Of a stretch of 63,818 nt of DNA, positions 1 through 11,760 are shown piece by piece. Source of the DNA: Squalus acanthias (Eukaryota); the NCBI GenBank assembly GCA_030390025.1, contig JASTWF010000235.1, forward strand, positions 372,183 to 436,000, written 5' to 3'. The position numbers were made by a program, and so were the translations under genes. The notes beneath the pieces are model-generated. The model worked only from the letters and a program-made list of their open reading frames with translations. It searched no databases and was not told the DNA's origin. Numbering within the stretch: the first letter of the stretch is position 1; every line of letters starts with the position of its first letter.

Positions 1-990
1 AGAGATAGAATGAGAGAGAGACAGTGAGAGAGAGAGAGAGAGAAACAGAGAGACACACAGAGAGAAGGAGAGAGTTACACTGGGAGATAAATCTGTCACT
101 AGATTAAACCGACAGATACGATCACAAAACCAGGCAACAATAAGCTGTATTTTATTTTAAAGATATTCTTTAAAAAGGCCTGGGTAAGGGTCGGGATCTT
201 TCGACTTTCAGGGAGCTCCCAGACAAGATGAACCGAATGGCCTTCTACCCTGTAAAATTCATTCATTCTCTCTGTATGCCTCTCTCTCTATATATCTGTC
301 TTTGTCTCTCTGTCCCCCTCTATCACACTTTCTATCTCTCACGGTCTGCCTCGGACTCACTGTCTCTGTCTCTNNNNNNNNNNNNNNNNNNNNNNNNNNN
401 NNNNNNNNNNNNNNNNNNNNNNNNNNNNNNNNNNNNNNNNNNNNNNNNNNNNNNNNNNNNNNNNNNNNNNNNNNNNNNNNNNNNNNNNNNNNNNNNNNNN
501 NNNNNNNNNNNNNNNNNNNNNNNNNNNNNNNNNNNNNNNCCTCTCTCTTTCTGCCGGCCTGTCTCTCTCGCTCTCTATGCCTCTCACTCTGTCTCTGCCT
601 CTCTCTCTCTCTGCCTGCCAGTCTCTCTCNNNNNNNNNNNNNNNNNNNNNNNNNNNNNNNNNNNNNNNNNNNNNNNNNNNNNNNNNNNNNNNNNNNNNNN
701 NNNNNNNNNNNNNNNNNNNNNNNNNNNNNNNNNNNNNNNNNNNNNNNNNNNNNNNNNNNNNNNNNNNNNNNCTCTGTCTCTGCCACTCTCTCTCTGCCTG
801 ACTGTCTTTCTCACTCTCTCTTTCCCTGTCTCTGCCTCTCTCTCTCTCTCTCTCTCTGCCTCTCTCTCTCTCTGCTTGTCTGTCTCTCTGTCTGTCTCTG
901 TATCTCTCTATGTCTCTGTCTCTGTGTCTTTTTTCTCTCTGTCTCTGTATCTCTCTCCCTCTCTTTATGTCTCTCTGTCGCTCTCTCAGT
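1..990. repeat. Degenerate (GA)n / (CT)n microsatellite tracts with two N-runs, in the intron upstream of the first visible Ig exon
   Basis: GA-rich 1-75 and CT-rich ~265-990; N-runs at 374-539 and 630-771. ORFs here are low-complexity SL/ER artefacts. Confidence 0.9.
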
Positions 991-1198
991 TTAGATGAGT
1001 TTTACAAAGTTAGGATGCGACTCAACATAGGTGGAAAAAACAAAATAATGTTTTAAATTCAATGATAATCAGTGAGAGACATGATCACATCTTGCCATGC
1101 TCTCGATTATCACTGAAATTAAAATCCATGTTAAAGGTCCGAACTCGTCAACACTGAAACGTTGCCCCGATTCTGAACCTCTGGTTTCTCACTGACAG

Positions 1199-1500
1199 AG
1201 CTCGCAGTTTTCCTCAGAGATCCTTCCGTGGAAGAAATTTGGATCAATAAAACGGCCACCCTGGTGTGTGAAGTGGTCTCTACAGTTCCCACGGAGGTTG
1301 TGATCTCTTGGACAGTGGATGGAAAGATGAGGACTGAAGAGTTCTGACCGAACCAGCTACAAAGTATGGAGACCAGTACCTGACCATCGGCCGCTTGACC
1401 AGCAGCGTGGAAGAGTGGGAGAGCGGGGTTGAATACTCGTGTTCGGCACAGGAGGGTCAATCTTCGACTGCGGTATCACAACGAACAGGAAAGGCAAAAG
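1199..1500 (+). pseudogene. Ig heavy-chain constant exon (IgNAR C2 / IgW CH3 type) with a 1-bp frameshift
   Basis: Acceptor ctgacAG|1199 and donor 1500|GTgggt. Reads (E)LAVFLRDPSVEEIWINKTATLVCEVVSTVPTEVVISWTVDGKMRTE, then hits TGA at 1345-1347. The shifted frame continues VLTEPATKYGDQYLTIGRLTSSVEEWESGVEYSCSAQEGQSSTAVSQRTGKAK. The exon is 302 bp, one short of the 303 needed for a phase1-phase1 Ig exon. Confidence 0.9.
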
Positions 1501-1575
1501 GTGGGTAAAAATCTACAGCCTTGTTTCCGAGTGGCAGTGGATGGGAGACTAACACTGGGTGAACTTCTGTTACAG

Positions 1576-1893
1576 TCGAGCCAGTGAAGCCAAAGCTCCG
1601 CCTCCTGCCTCCATCGCCAGAGGAGATTCAAAGTACGAGCGCCGCTACTCTCACCTGTTTGATAAGAGGATTCTACCCGGACAACATCATCGTTTCCTGG
1701 GAGAAGGACGGAGCTGCTTTGAGCGCGAACGTCACCAGTTCCCCCACTGCTCTTGAACAGGACCAGACCTTCAGCACAAGGAGCCTCCTCACTTTACCTT
1801 CAGCGGAATGGAAGAGAGGATCAACATACACCTGTGCCGCCTCACATCCACCTTCACAATCCACCGTGAAGGGGACCATCAGCAGCCCGAAAG
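1576..1893 (+). CDS. Ig heavy-chain constant exon (IgNAR C3 / IgW CH4 type)
   Basis: ttacAG|1576 to 1893|GTaggg, 318 bp, open. VEPVKPKLRLLPPSPEEIQSTSAATLTCLIRGFYPDNIIVSWEKDG...EWKRGSTYTCAASHPPSQSTVKGTISSPK shows the canonical C1-set Cys/Trp/Cys pattern and closely resembles shark IgNAR C3. Confidence 0.95.
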
Positions 1894-3793
1894 GTAGGGA
1901 CAGTTCCTCAAAATACATTCACACAATCAGCGCTTTGTACTTATATCTAAAGCCAACATTGAACAATGCAAGCCCTAGTGATCAGATCACTCTAGGTTAC
2001 AGGTATAACAAACTGTAGGGACATTAATTAATGCGCCCTTCACTCAAAGGCGGCAAGTAGACGATAACATGTTCAGCGCGCAATAGGTGAATAGGCTGTT
2101 GACACTCACTCTTTCTGCGGATCCACTTAGAATGGCCACTTGAGAGAGATACTCAAGGCGACCTTCCTCAGTGGAGCCTGTATCGGATAACTATAACAAT
2201 AGGCATTTAATTCGCACCTTTAAGCGCCTCGTGCCACTTCACAGAGTTGTAAGGAGAGCGACAGGAAATGAATGTAAAGTTGCCCATTGTCTTTATTTTA
2301 GAAGACTGATTCAGTGTTGAAATCAGACCATTTCCTACACGTGAATATTCTGCTGTTGATTGCTTCAAAGTAGCTCCGTGTTGAAACTCAGTTTACTGTT
2401 TAAACTTGTGGAGATGATTCATTTTATTACAATCAGCCATCTGACAATCTCATTTCTGATCACCCTCCGAACATTTTGTTTTACTGCCAAAGGATAGCAA
2501 TCTTTGGTAATGAAGATATCGCCAATCCCCTTCAAATAGGAGTGGTCTTATAACATACACTGTGAAGTATGTCCCACTGTTTTAAGAAGGGATGGTGACT
2601 GAACGCGATTCAATCAGGGATCCAATAGAAAAGTACATGTTCACATTGAGAATCTGGGAGGGGAGACAATGGAAGTGATTATTATCAGTCCGGCAACACT
2701 TTCTACAACAGCCTCCTCCGGAGCATTGGCATCATTGAGAGAAATAGGACAATTTTACTGTAAGATTACAAAACAAAGTTACAAAGTTGGACATGTGCAA
2801 TGGACACGTCACTTTGGTCCACTCTGGGGGTGTTGGGAATTTCAAAGTTGACGTCCTAGGGAATATAATGAAGGCGGCTGCTATCATTTTCTGAGTAATA
2901 CATTATGCTTTAAGTCAGAACAAATGGGACAATGTTCATTCTTTTAGATATTTTGTCATGCATAAATATAGGAACGATTTGTACATCCAGAGGACCATTT
3001 TACTTTAAAACTGAAGGCATGTTTTCCAATTTCTGGTAGTAATTCGCTTTCAGTTGACAAGGTACGGATACTAGAGAAGACCTTCCCACTGTCACTAATG
3101 TCAATATCGAGCACTTCCGGTCAGGTATCTCATGGTAAAATTATAGACTGTCTCACTTTACACTCTTCAAACAATGATGTCTTGAACCTCAACATTCCAA
3201 CAGCGCTCCTTCCTGAGTGGTAGTTCCTACATTGTTTTTAACACATTCCACACTCTAAGTGAGACAGCGAAATCGGTGTCAAATGATGCAGAACATCTGC
3301 AGAGTGGTGCTGATGCTGAGGGCACGTTTCCATTCATTGGTCAGGCCTGGACAGGCTCATTTCAGACCCAACCTTTAGGACTGGAATAGAGAGGACTTTT
3401 AGTCACTTCAGATGAGCTGTATTGGAACCCGCCACATACAGACCACAGGGCAGCGTTTGGCCTCCAGCATCAGTCAGTCTGATGAATGAAGGTTTGCATC
3501 ACGGGAGCGGGGACAATTAGCCCCCATTAAATCCCAGGCAGCGCAATGCTCGAGCTGTGGAATAAATGATCAGAAGTATTATTGAGGACATCATCCAAAG
3601 AAGCCAGAGGGACAAAAGTGTCGAGAGCAGAAGGGCGGTGCGCCATCTTATTAGCTCTGCAGAAATAATCTGAGAAAAGTCATAGCTCACTACAGTAAGT
3701 GGAATTATTTAACATCTCTCTGAGTGTGTTGCATTTGTTGTTACCCGTGGTTTCAACATGACAGTTTGAAATAACCACTCGCTCTTTTTCCAG

Positions 3794-4114
3794 TTGATTG
3801 TCATGAGGTAGACATTTCTGTCAAGATACTGAACCCTCCCTTTGAAGAGATCTGGACCCAACGGACAGCGACCATTGTTTGTGAAGTTGTTTACAGCGAT
3901 TTAGAGAACGTCAGCGTCTCCTGGCAAGTGGATGGGAGTCGGAGAACGGAAGGAGTCGAGACTCTGACTCCTGAGTGGAGTGGAAGTAAATCCGCCATCG
4001 TTAGCAAACTGAAAGTCACCAGGGCAGAGTGGGACAGTGGGGTTGAATATCTCTGCTTCGTAGAAGACAGTGAATTGCCAACACCAGTGAAAATCTCCAC
4101 AAGAAAAGTAAAGG
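3794..4114 (+). CDS. Ig heavy-chain constant exon (IgNAR C4 / IgW CH5 type)
   Basis: tttttccAG|3794 to 4114|GTaagc, 321 bp, open. VDCHEVDISVKILNPPFEEIWTQRTATIVCEVVYSDLENVSVSWQVDG...EWDSGVEYLCFVEDSELPTPVKISTRKVK; the N-terminal extra Cys is a candidate inter-chain disulfide. Confidence 0.95.
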
Positions 4115-4539
4115 GTAAGCACAGATAATAGTCGTTCAGAGACTGATCCGGTGATAAATGGTCGGATCGAATCATCCGGTGTTTACAGTAAATGCTCATA
4201 TAGTCAGTGAAATATAGTCTGGGATCCTGCCATTCACCACACGGGTAAAGACTAGCATCAAAATATAAACGGTTTGAAACTGTTGCGTCCCAACAGTGTC
4301 AGTGATTTTTAAATATGTGATTGTCTCCAACTCGTTACAAACTAACGTCAGACCAAAATAAAAACACCTAAAGAAGGAACATGAAAGACATCCCTGACCA
4401 CACAGAGAAATATGTAAACTCTCACAGATTGGAAACAAGTTCAAATGCCCAAGTGTGCAGTATTATTAACAGAGGGGGATGGGAAATGAAGATCGGACAA
4501 GAGAGAGACTCAGTTTAACAAATATGGTTCTCTTTGCAG

Positions 4540-4922
4540 TTGGTGAAATGTATCCTCCTAAAGTCTACGTCCTGCCTCCATCGGCGGACGAGATTGACAC
4601 TGAGAAGACGGCTACCCTGGTGTGTCTAGCCACCGGATTTTACCCTGCCGAGATTTACATCGCTTGGATGGCCAATGACACCCTTTTGGATTCAGCTTAC
4701 CCGAGCCAACCGGACACCGAGAAGACAAACGGTTCCAGCTCCATTGGCAGCAGGCTGAGACTGACCGCGGCGGAGTGGAACAGCGGCACCACTTACTCCT
4801 GTTTAGTGGGACACCCGTCCCTCAAAAGGAATTTAATCAGAAGTATAAATAAATCTCACGGTAAACCTACTTTAGTGAATGTTTCACTTGTTCTAACCGA
4901 CAGTTTTAAATCGTGTGCATAA
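4540..4922 (+). CDS. Last Ig constant exon (IgNAR C5 / IgW CH6 type) plus secretory tailpiece
   Basis: tctttgcAG|4540. VGEMYPPKVYVLPPSADEIDTEKTATLVCLATGFYPAEIYIAWMAND...EWNSGTTYSCLVGHPSLKRNLIRSINKSH, then tailpiece GKPTLVNVSLVLTDSFKSCA* (NVS sequon, penultimate Cys). Internal donor 4860|GTAAAC serves the membrane form. Confidence 0.95.
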
Positions 4923-5248
4923 CTCCCCGTGGTTGAGTAGCTGTTTCCTATAGAAGTGTTACCGCTGATCTGTTCATCACTGTTTGAGCATCTGAGTCAG
5001 CGAATCTCCCAATTACTCAACCTCACTGTCACCCTCCAGATCAGAGAGCATTTGTTGAGATATTTCACTAATATATGAAAGTATATCAGTCACTGAGGGA
5101 TAAATATGGTTCGAATCTGAAAACCACAAATAACCTTAGTACCGTTTATATAAGTTGCAACATTTTTGTAGATCCCTTGAAGGGTTCAGTGACGTTATTG
5201 GATAAATAGGAAATAGCGCTTTAGTCTGTATGTGGCTCCGCTAATTGC

Positions 5249-5305
5249 AATAAATGCAGAATGAAAACCTTCTGTCTCCCAGAATCTTTGTTTGTGTGCG
5301 TGTTA
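5249..5305 (+). terminator. Secretory-form polyadenylation signal
   Basis: AATAAA at 5249-5254, ~330 bp after the tailpiece stop, followed by a GT-rich downstream element (tttgtttgtgtgcgtgtt). Confidence 0.7.
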
Positions 5306-5584
5306 TCTCCGTGATGATGATTTACAACTTGATCCAGATATATATGGTGTCCCTTGTCTAATATTGCACCCCCACTTTTTAGAGACATTACGGGTGCTTT
5401 GAATTAGGTTGCACTAATGCTCGCCGTTCTTGGCCGCTCCCGGAGCTCCTGTGATTTACAATTAGCCAATGAGCTATCTACTTGTAGAACGGAGTGACTA
5501 AAGGTGGACGAACATCCGGTCACCCTTTAGTGCGCCAATTAATGGCCAAGACTGGTGATTGCCTGGATCACGATTACTATCCAG

Positions 5585-6680
5585 TGGTAGCCAGAGAATC
5601 ACTTGCAATGATGTCACATCCGGCTCCCTCACCGTTACCTCTGGAGTCTCCAGAGGATATATCCTTGGTGCCCGCCTCTTTCTCATCTACATGCTGCCAC
5701 TCGGTGACATCATCCGAAATCAGATCCACATGTACGCTGAAGACACCCAGATCTACCTCACCATCACCTCTCTCAATCCTTCCACTGCCTCTGATTTGTG
5801 AGGCTGTTTGTCCGACATCTAGAATTGGATGAGCAGACATTTCCTCTAATTAAATATTGGGAAGACCGAAGCCATGTTCTTCGAACCACGCCACAAACTC
5901 CATTTCCCAGCTACCGACTCCATTCCGCTCCATGACAATTGTCTGAGACTGAATCAGACTGTTTGCCACCTTCGCATCATAATTGACCCTGATTTGAGCT
6001 TCCGACCATATATCCTCTCCATCACCATGACCACCTACTTCCACCTCAGTAGTAGCGCCTGTCTCTGTCCCTGTCCCAGCTCGTCTGCTGCTGAAACACT
6101 TCGTTAGCTCCAGACTCGACTATTCCAATGCACTCCTGGCGGGCCTCCCATCTTTTACCCTCTTTAAGCTTGAGCTCATCCAAAACTATGCTGCCCATAT
6201 CCTAAATCGCACCAAGTCCAATTCAGCCATCACCCATGTGCTCACTGACCGACATTGGCTCCTGGTCCAGCAACGCATCAGTTGTAGAATTCTAACCCTT
6301 GTTTACAAATCTCTCCAAGGCCTCGCCCCTCCGTATCTCTGTAAACTCCTACAATCCTAATACCCTCTGAGATCCTTGCATTCCTCCAATTGTGGCCCAT
6401 TGTGGATCCCTGATTTCCATCATCCACCATTGGCATGCGCGCCTTCAGCTGCCTAGGCCCTAAGTTCGGGAATTTTCTCCTTAAACATCTGCGCCTCTCT
6501 ACGTCTCTCCTTTAAGACGCTCCTTACAGCCTACCTCTTTGACCAAGCTTTTGGTCATCCGCTATAATATCTTCTTATTTGGCTTGGTATCAAATGATGT
6601 TTAATGACGCTCCTGTGAAGCGCCTTGGGACGATTTGGACCGTTAAAAATGCTATTTGAATGCAACTTGATGTTGTTGAT
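5585..6680 (+). mobile_element. L2-clade LINE 3' fragment, degenerate
   Basis: RT remnant (VTSGV..G.ILG..LFLIYMLPLGDIIR..HMYAEDTQIYL) and an L2-type 3' end (tgtgaagcgccttgggacg...tgttgttg). Confidence 0.85.
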
Positions 6681-6764
6681 TGGACTATCAATCTGCAGTT
6701 TCCAATGGTTTCATTTCCAAGGTATGTCTGGAATTTGGAAGTATCCTCTTATCAATTTAGTGTC

Positions 6765-6990
6765 AGCTTGTTTCATTGGCAGCTGCCTGGCCTCTGAATC
6801 AGAAGGTTGTGAGTTCAAGCTCCTCTCCAGGACCTCGACCCAGAATCGTGGCTGACAATCCAGTGCAACAATCACGGGGTTGCTGCATTGTCAAAGGTGC
6901 GCTGTCCCGGATGAGAAACTCTGGGGAGCTTTTGGGAACTCCTGAAGCCCTGAAAGGCGATATGTGAAGTGGAATCTGCCTTTCTTATCA
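6765..6990 (+). mobile_element. tRNA-derived SINE remnant
   Basis: tRNA-like head with B-box-like gagttcaagctcc, a body (gctgcattgtcaaaggtgc) and an L2-like tail (ccctgaaaggcgatatg). Confidence 0.5.
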
Positions 6991-7339
6991 TGATCAGTGA
7001 AATCACAGGCCAGGGAGAAGCACAGATTCGGCCTGCTTATCCAATGGGAAGCTGAGCCACACAGACCAAGAATATTCTCAGCGGATCCCAGTCTATAGTG
7101 AGTCAGTTGATCCGATCCTTACCTCAATGGTGGCGCTGCATTTTCTTCCCAAGGTTAAAATAAGCTGTTATTTAGTGTGTTCTCTTGAAACTTCATAAGC
7201 ACAGGCCCATCCACATTAAACCCCCACATTCTGAAATCTTTTGGAATCAATAACACAGCGTATCATCTGGTGGCTCGAATATTCTGCAATATAAACACAG
7301 TATGTGCATTTGCCCAGTGATTTATGGCGATGGGAGCCC

Positions 7340-8860
7340 GCCCGCAATTTGCGGTGGGTAATGACAGCAAACTGTCAGCGTTCGCCATCAGCACCCCTCT
7401 GAAACTGACTGTAGAGTCAATATTTAATGCATGCGCATCTAAACGTGGAAATGCTGAAGTTGTGGTCAGTCATTCACTGTTCGGATACGGGCTGCACTGT
7501 GGAGCTCCCCATATTTGGCAATCAGTGTAATCAGTGTAATCAGTGAAACTGACAACAACAATGGCCTTTTCCGCGGTAATATAAGAACATAAGAAATAAG
7601 AGCAGGAGTAGGCCAATCGGCCACTCGAGCCTGCTCCGCCATTCAATAAGATCATGGCTGATCTGATCCTAACCGCCAATCTACTATCTATCACAGAACC
7701 ATCTCCTGCATCTAACAGAATTGCACACGAAATAGGAGCAGAATCAGGCTACACGGTCCCTGGGCCCGCTCCACTACCCACAGGGCCATGACCGGATCCG
7801 AACCTAGACTCATGTCCAAATTCCTGCCCGCTCCCCGTAAACCTTAATGCCCTTTACTTTTAGGAAACTGTCTATTTCTGTTTTAAATTTATTTAATGAT
7901 GTAGCTTCTACAGCTTTTTGTGGCAGCATATTCCATGGACCTACCACACTCTGAGTGAAGTAGTTCCTCCTCATCTCAGTTTTGAAAGAGCAGCCCCTTA
8001 TTCTAAGACTATGTCCCCTAGTTCTAGTCTCACCCGTCATCGGGAACATCCTCCCCGCTTCCACCCGATCCAACCCCTTCACAATCTTATATGTTTCAAT
8101 AAGATCGCCTCTCATTCTTCTGAACTCCAATGAGTAGAGTCCCAATCTACCCAACCTCTCCTCATATGACCACCCCCTCATCCCCGGGATTAACCGAGTG
8201 AACCTTTTTTGCACTGCATCGAGAGCAAGGATGTCTTTCCTTAAGTAAGGACACCAAAACTGTATGCAGTATTCAAGGTGCGGTCTCACCAATACCTTGT
8301 ACAACTGAAGCAATACCTCCCTATTTTTATATTCTATCCCCCTAGCAATGAAAGCCAACATTCCATTTGCCTTCTTAATCACCGCTGTTTAACACCACAC
8401 TAATTGTTAAACGTCATTGGAATATGTGTAACTGGCGTTTAATAGCTTATTGACCGCTAAACAACCGTTCTGGCCCTGAAAAAGTATTTTTTTTACATTT
8501 GTGGAGTGACAAATTTCTCCATTATGATAAAAATGACAAGATTTTAAAAACTTTTAAAAAAAATAAGATTTGTCAGGATATTTCAGCTTCTACCTTATCG
8601 CCATATTTCGTTGTCTGTAACATTTTTTAGAAGTCCGGATAAAAGCAGATTCTCATTTCCTGTTTGCTGATTGTGAGATTCTTCAATGTGATTGGCTGCT
8701 CAGACACATTGTTGACGTCACTGCTGCAGCGCCTTCACTTGTGATCCCCTATTCACGGCACTGCAATCAAATGCAGGGCGAAAAAGGCAAACTCCTCGCA
8801 GCTTTCTTCGGAGCTAACAGCGAACACATTGGCTTCGCTGCTGACCGCAAATTACGGGCC
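7340..8860. mobile_element. Non-autonomous DNA transposon (MITE-like), interrupted by a CR1 fragment
   Basis: Terminal inverted repeats gcccgcaatttgcggt (7340-7355) and accgcaaattacgggc (8844-8859), 15/16 complementary; no transposase seen. Confidence 0.6.
7581..8385 (-). mobile_element. CR1 LINE 3' fragment
   Basis: ORF 7810-8382(-) is the CR1 RT C-terminus ([13 protein letters not shown]...RTRGHSLRI...YGERAGIWT), with a CR1 3'UTR hairpin and short-repeat tail near 7581. Confidence 0.9.
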
Positions 8861-9651
8861 ATTAATAACAATCGATAAAGCAGAGAATTGTAGAAGTGAT
8901 ATATCTCGTCAGAAATCCGAAAGATATCAGTATGTGAGCGCCAGAATCGTGAGTCACAACTAAATGTAATGACAGTGAGGCGGGTCTGACGCTCTGTGTA
9001 AATGATAATGTAAAATAGTGCCACGTCAAACGATGGAAATCCTGTCACAGAAATTCTCTGTATCTGCGAGAAACTTTTGTTACAAAATTTTATTGTGTTG
9101 TCACAGTCAACATAAACTGTGCTGATCAGACACAGTTGAATCTTTAGCCCGAAATGTGACACCGTCCCCGTTTACTGCCGATCTCTTATATCAGCTTAGC
9201 AAGTGAACCGCAAGGGCTTTAATCCTATAATCAGTCCACCCTTCTGTTCAGAGTGGCGTCGAGTCTCATTATTTTAATAGATTTTCAATAATTTTTGTTG
9301 TTATCAGCTGCCAAAAGAAAAAAATATTTGTAATCAAACGCGCTTGTCCTGAAGCTTTTCTTAAGGTAAAAAGGTTGGTTATATGTGCGGTATAAACTCA
9401 ATCCTCTGTCCTGTATACTCTGTCTGACCGCTACTGTCACCACACAACAAGCGTCTCCCCAGTGTCCTGAAAATCACTTTTATCAACATCGAGCTGGTTA
9501 ATGAATGAACTACATGTTCACGTTCCGTCAGTTCAACCTCTAATGCACCATGTCCCTCGCATCTGCCGGTTTCGTGTTATTACACTGCCTTTGTGTCTAT
9601 TCTGTTTTCAACATGAACACATTTATAACAATATCCATCTATTGATTCTAG

Positions 9652-9809
9652 AAACTCCTCCAATAAGTGAAGATCCAGATGAGCACGTGGTAGAGGAAGA
9701 TGGATTAGAAAACCTAGATGAGGATGCCAGCACTGGAGCAACCGTGATCGCTCTCGTGATCCTGTTTATTCTCAGTATCCTGTACAGCACATTTGTAACC
9801 GTCCTGCAG
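9652..9809 (+). CDS. Ig heavy-chain transmembrane exon TM1
   Basis: attctAG|9652 to 9809|GTaata, phase 1 in and phase 0 out. (E)TPPISEDPDEHVVEEDGLENLDEDASTGATVIALVILFILSILYSTFVTVLQ gives an acidic spacer plus the antigen-receptor CART motif (LF..S..YS..VT), in frame with the 4860 donor. Confidence 0.92.
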
Positions 9810-10665
9810 GTAATACCGACAGTCAACAGCACAGTGACACTGTGCAAATTCATTAGAAACTTGTTTATACTTCAGATATAGTTAAGGTGCAAATATTCCT
9901 ATATAAGCATAATTCCTACCGTCCCCACAATATCAGATTGAACTTCATTAGTCGCTCCCATGTCATTAACTGACACATTTAAATACGCCTGCTGAATATG
10001 ATGACTTAACAGAGGCATGTATAGGGGGATTAATGGGACATATTAGCATCATAAAATATCAATGATGGAAAGTATTACTTTGCATCTAGATAGCGGGTCG
10101 GTAGTAGCACAGTAAAACGGAAAGATCATTATCGAATGTTTACGAGTAATAATCCAGAAATAGTTTGCGATATGGTGATAAAGAAGCATCCTGGGAAGAG
10201 TGAGCATAACAGGTTTGAGAGAGCGGGAAGGGGACTGGAAACAGAGGTTCTGCACGTCAACTTTGATCACTGTGAAGAGATGTGGAAAACATTGACTATG
10301 GAAGGATGGGCGAACATTTCAGTTGGGTAATCGATGGACAAACAGTGAAATTTATTCAAGAAGGGCATCAGCAAGCACAAATGTTCACAATCCCAGAAAG
10401 AAAAGCTCTAAATTGAGGATTAAATGACGTGAAAGAGAACTGTAAGGGCCAGTATTAAAACAAAGCGAGAAGATTATGTCAAAGCGAAGACAATGGCAAG
10501 TTTGGCAGCCACGAGTATTATAAAAAAAACAAACGTCCACAATTAATTATAAAATGTAACGTGCGTTTGAAAACAATTACAGGGGATATGAAGGATAATG
10601 TTAAATGTTTTATAGAAAAACATAAAATAGAAGAGAATGGTAAAAGTGCAGGTGAGGTTATTGCA

Positions 10666-11760
10666 TAGAAACACAGGAACATAGGAAGGCCATTCAGCTC
10701 CACCAGCCTGTTCCGCCGTTCAATTAGATCATGGCTGCTCTGTATCTTAACCTAAGATACACACCTTGGGTCCATGTCTCTAAATATCCTTATCTAATCA
10801 AAATCAATCAATCTCAGTTTTTAAATGTTCAACTGACCTCCAGCCTCAACATCTTTTTGGGGAGAGAGTTCCAGATTTCCAATATCCTTTGTGTGGAGAA
10901 GTGTTTCCTGACATCACCCCTGAACGGACCAGCTCTGATGTTATCTTCATTCCCCTTTGTTCTGGTGTCGCCCGCCAGAGGAAATAGTTTCTCTCTATCT
11001 ACCCTAACAAATCTTTAATCACCAGAAACACCTCAATTAGATCAACCCTTAATCTTCTCTATTCAAGGGAACACAAGCTATGGAACGTGTCCTCATAATT
11101 TAACCCTTTTAGCACCGGTATCATTCTGGTGAATCTGCGCCGCACCCCCTCCACGGTCAATATACTCTTCCTGAGCTGCGGTGCCAGGAACTGACCGCAG
11201 GAACCGGAGCTTTAGACAACCACAGCATAACCTCCACCCCTTTGTATTCCAGCCCCACTGAGATAAACGCTAATATTTCATTGGAGCATTTAATTATCTT
11301 TAGTGCCTATCCACTAGCTTTCAGTGATCTCTGTACTGGGATCCCTAAATCTCTCTGCTCCTCCACAGCTCCCAACTTCTCACCATTTACAAGAAAACTC
11401 TGATCTACCTTCCTTAGCTCCAAACTGGATGACCTCACACATTCCCCACACGGAACGTCATCTATCACAGCTTTGCCCACTCATTAATTTATCAAAGTCC
11501 CTTTGCAACTTTATGCTCGTATCGACACTATTTACTGTGCCACCTGACTTAGTGGATACACGGCTCTCTACTCCCTCATCTAAGTCGTTGGTAAATAAAG
11601 TGAAAAACTGAGCTCCTAATGCGGATCCCTGGGGGGCACCACTCGTCACAATCTGCCAATTGCAGCACATTCCCATTATCCCTATTCTCTGTCTCTGACC
11701 TCCTCACCCATTCCCCATCCAAGTCAATAGGTTGCCTCCAATTCTATACGTTCTCATTTT
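10666..11760 (-). mobile_element. CR1 LINE 3' fragment, degenerate
   Basis: RT motif VTSGAPQGSALGAQFFTLFTNDLDEG (ORF 11458-11676 -) and a CR1 3'UTR near 10670-10740. Confidence 0.85.

Noticed and set aside
228-998. Long ORFs spanning the N-runs
   Set aside because: Microsatellite and gap artefacts.
1131-4199. Minus-strand ORFs over the Ig exons
   Set aside because: Antisense shadows of the + strand constant exons.
9501-9881. 126-aa stand-alone membrane protein ORF
   Set aside because: Only 9652-9809 is bounded by splice sites and matches the Ig TM1 exon; the rest is intron read-through.
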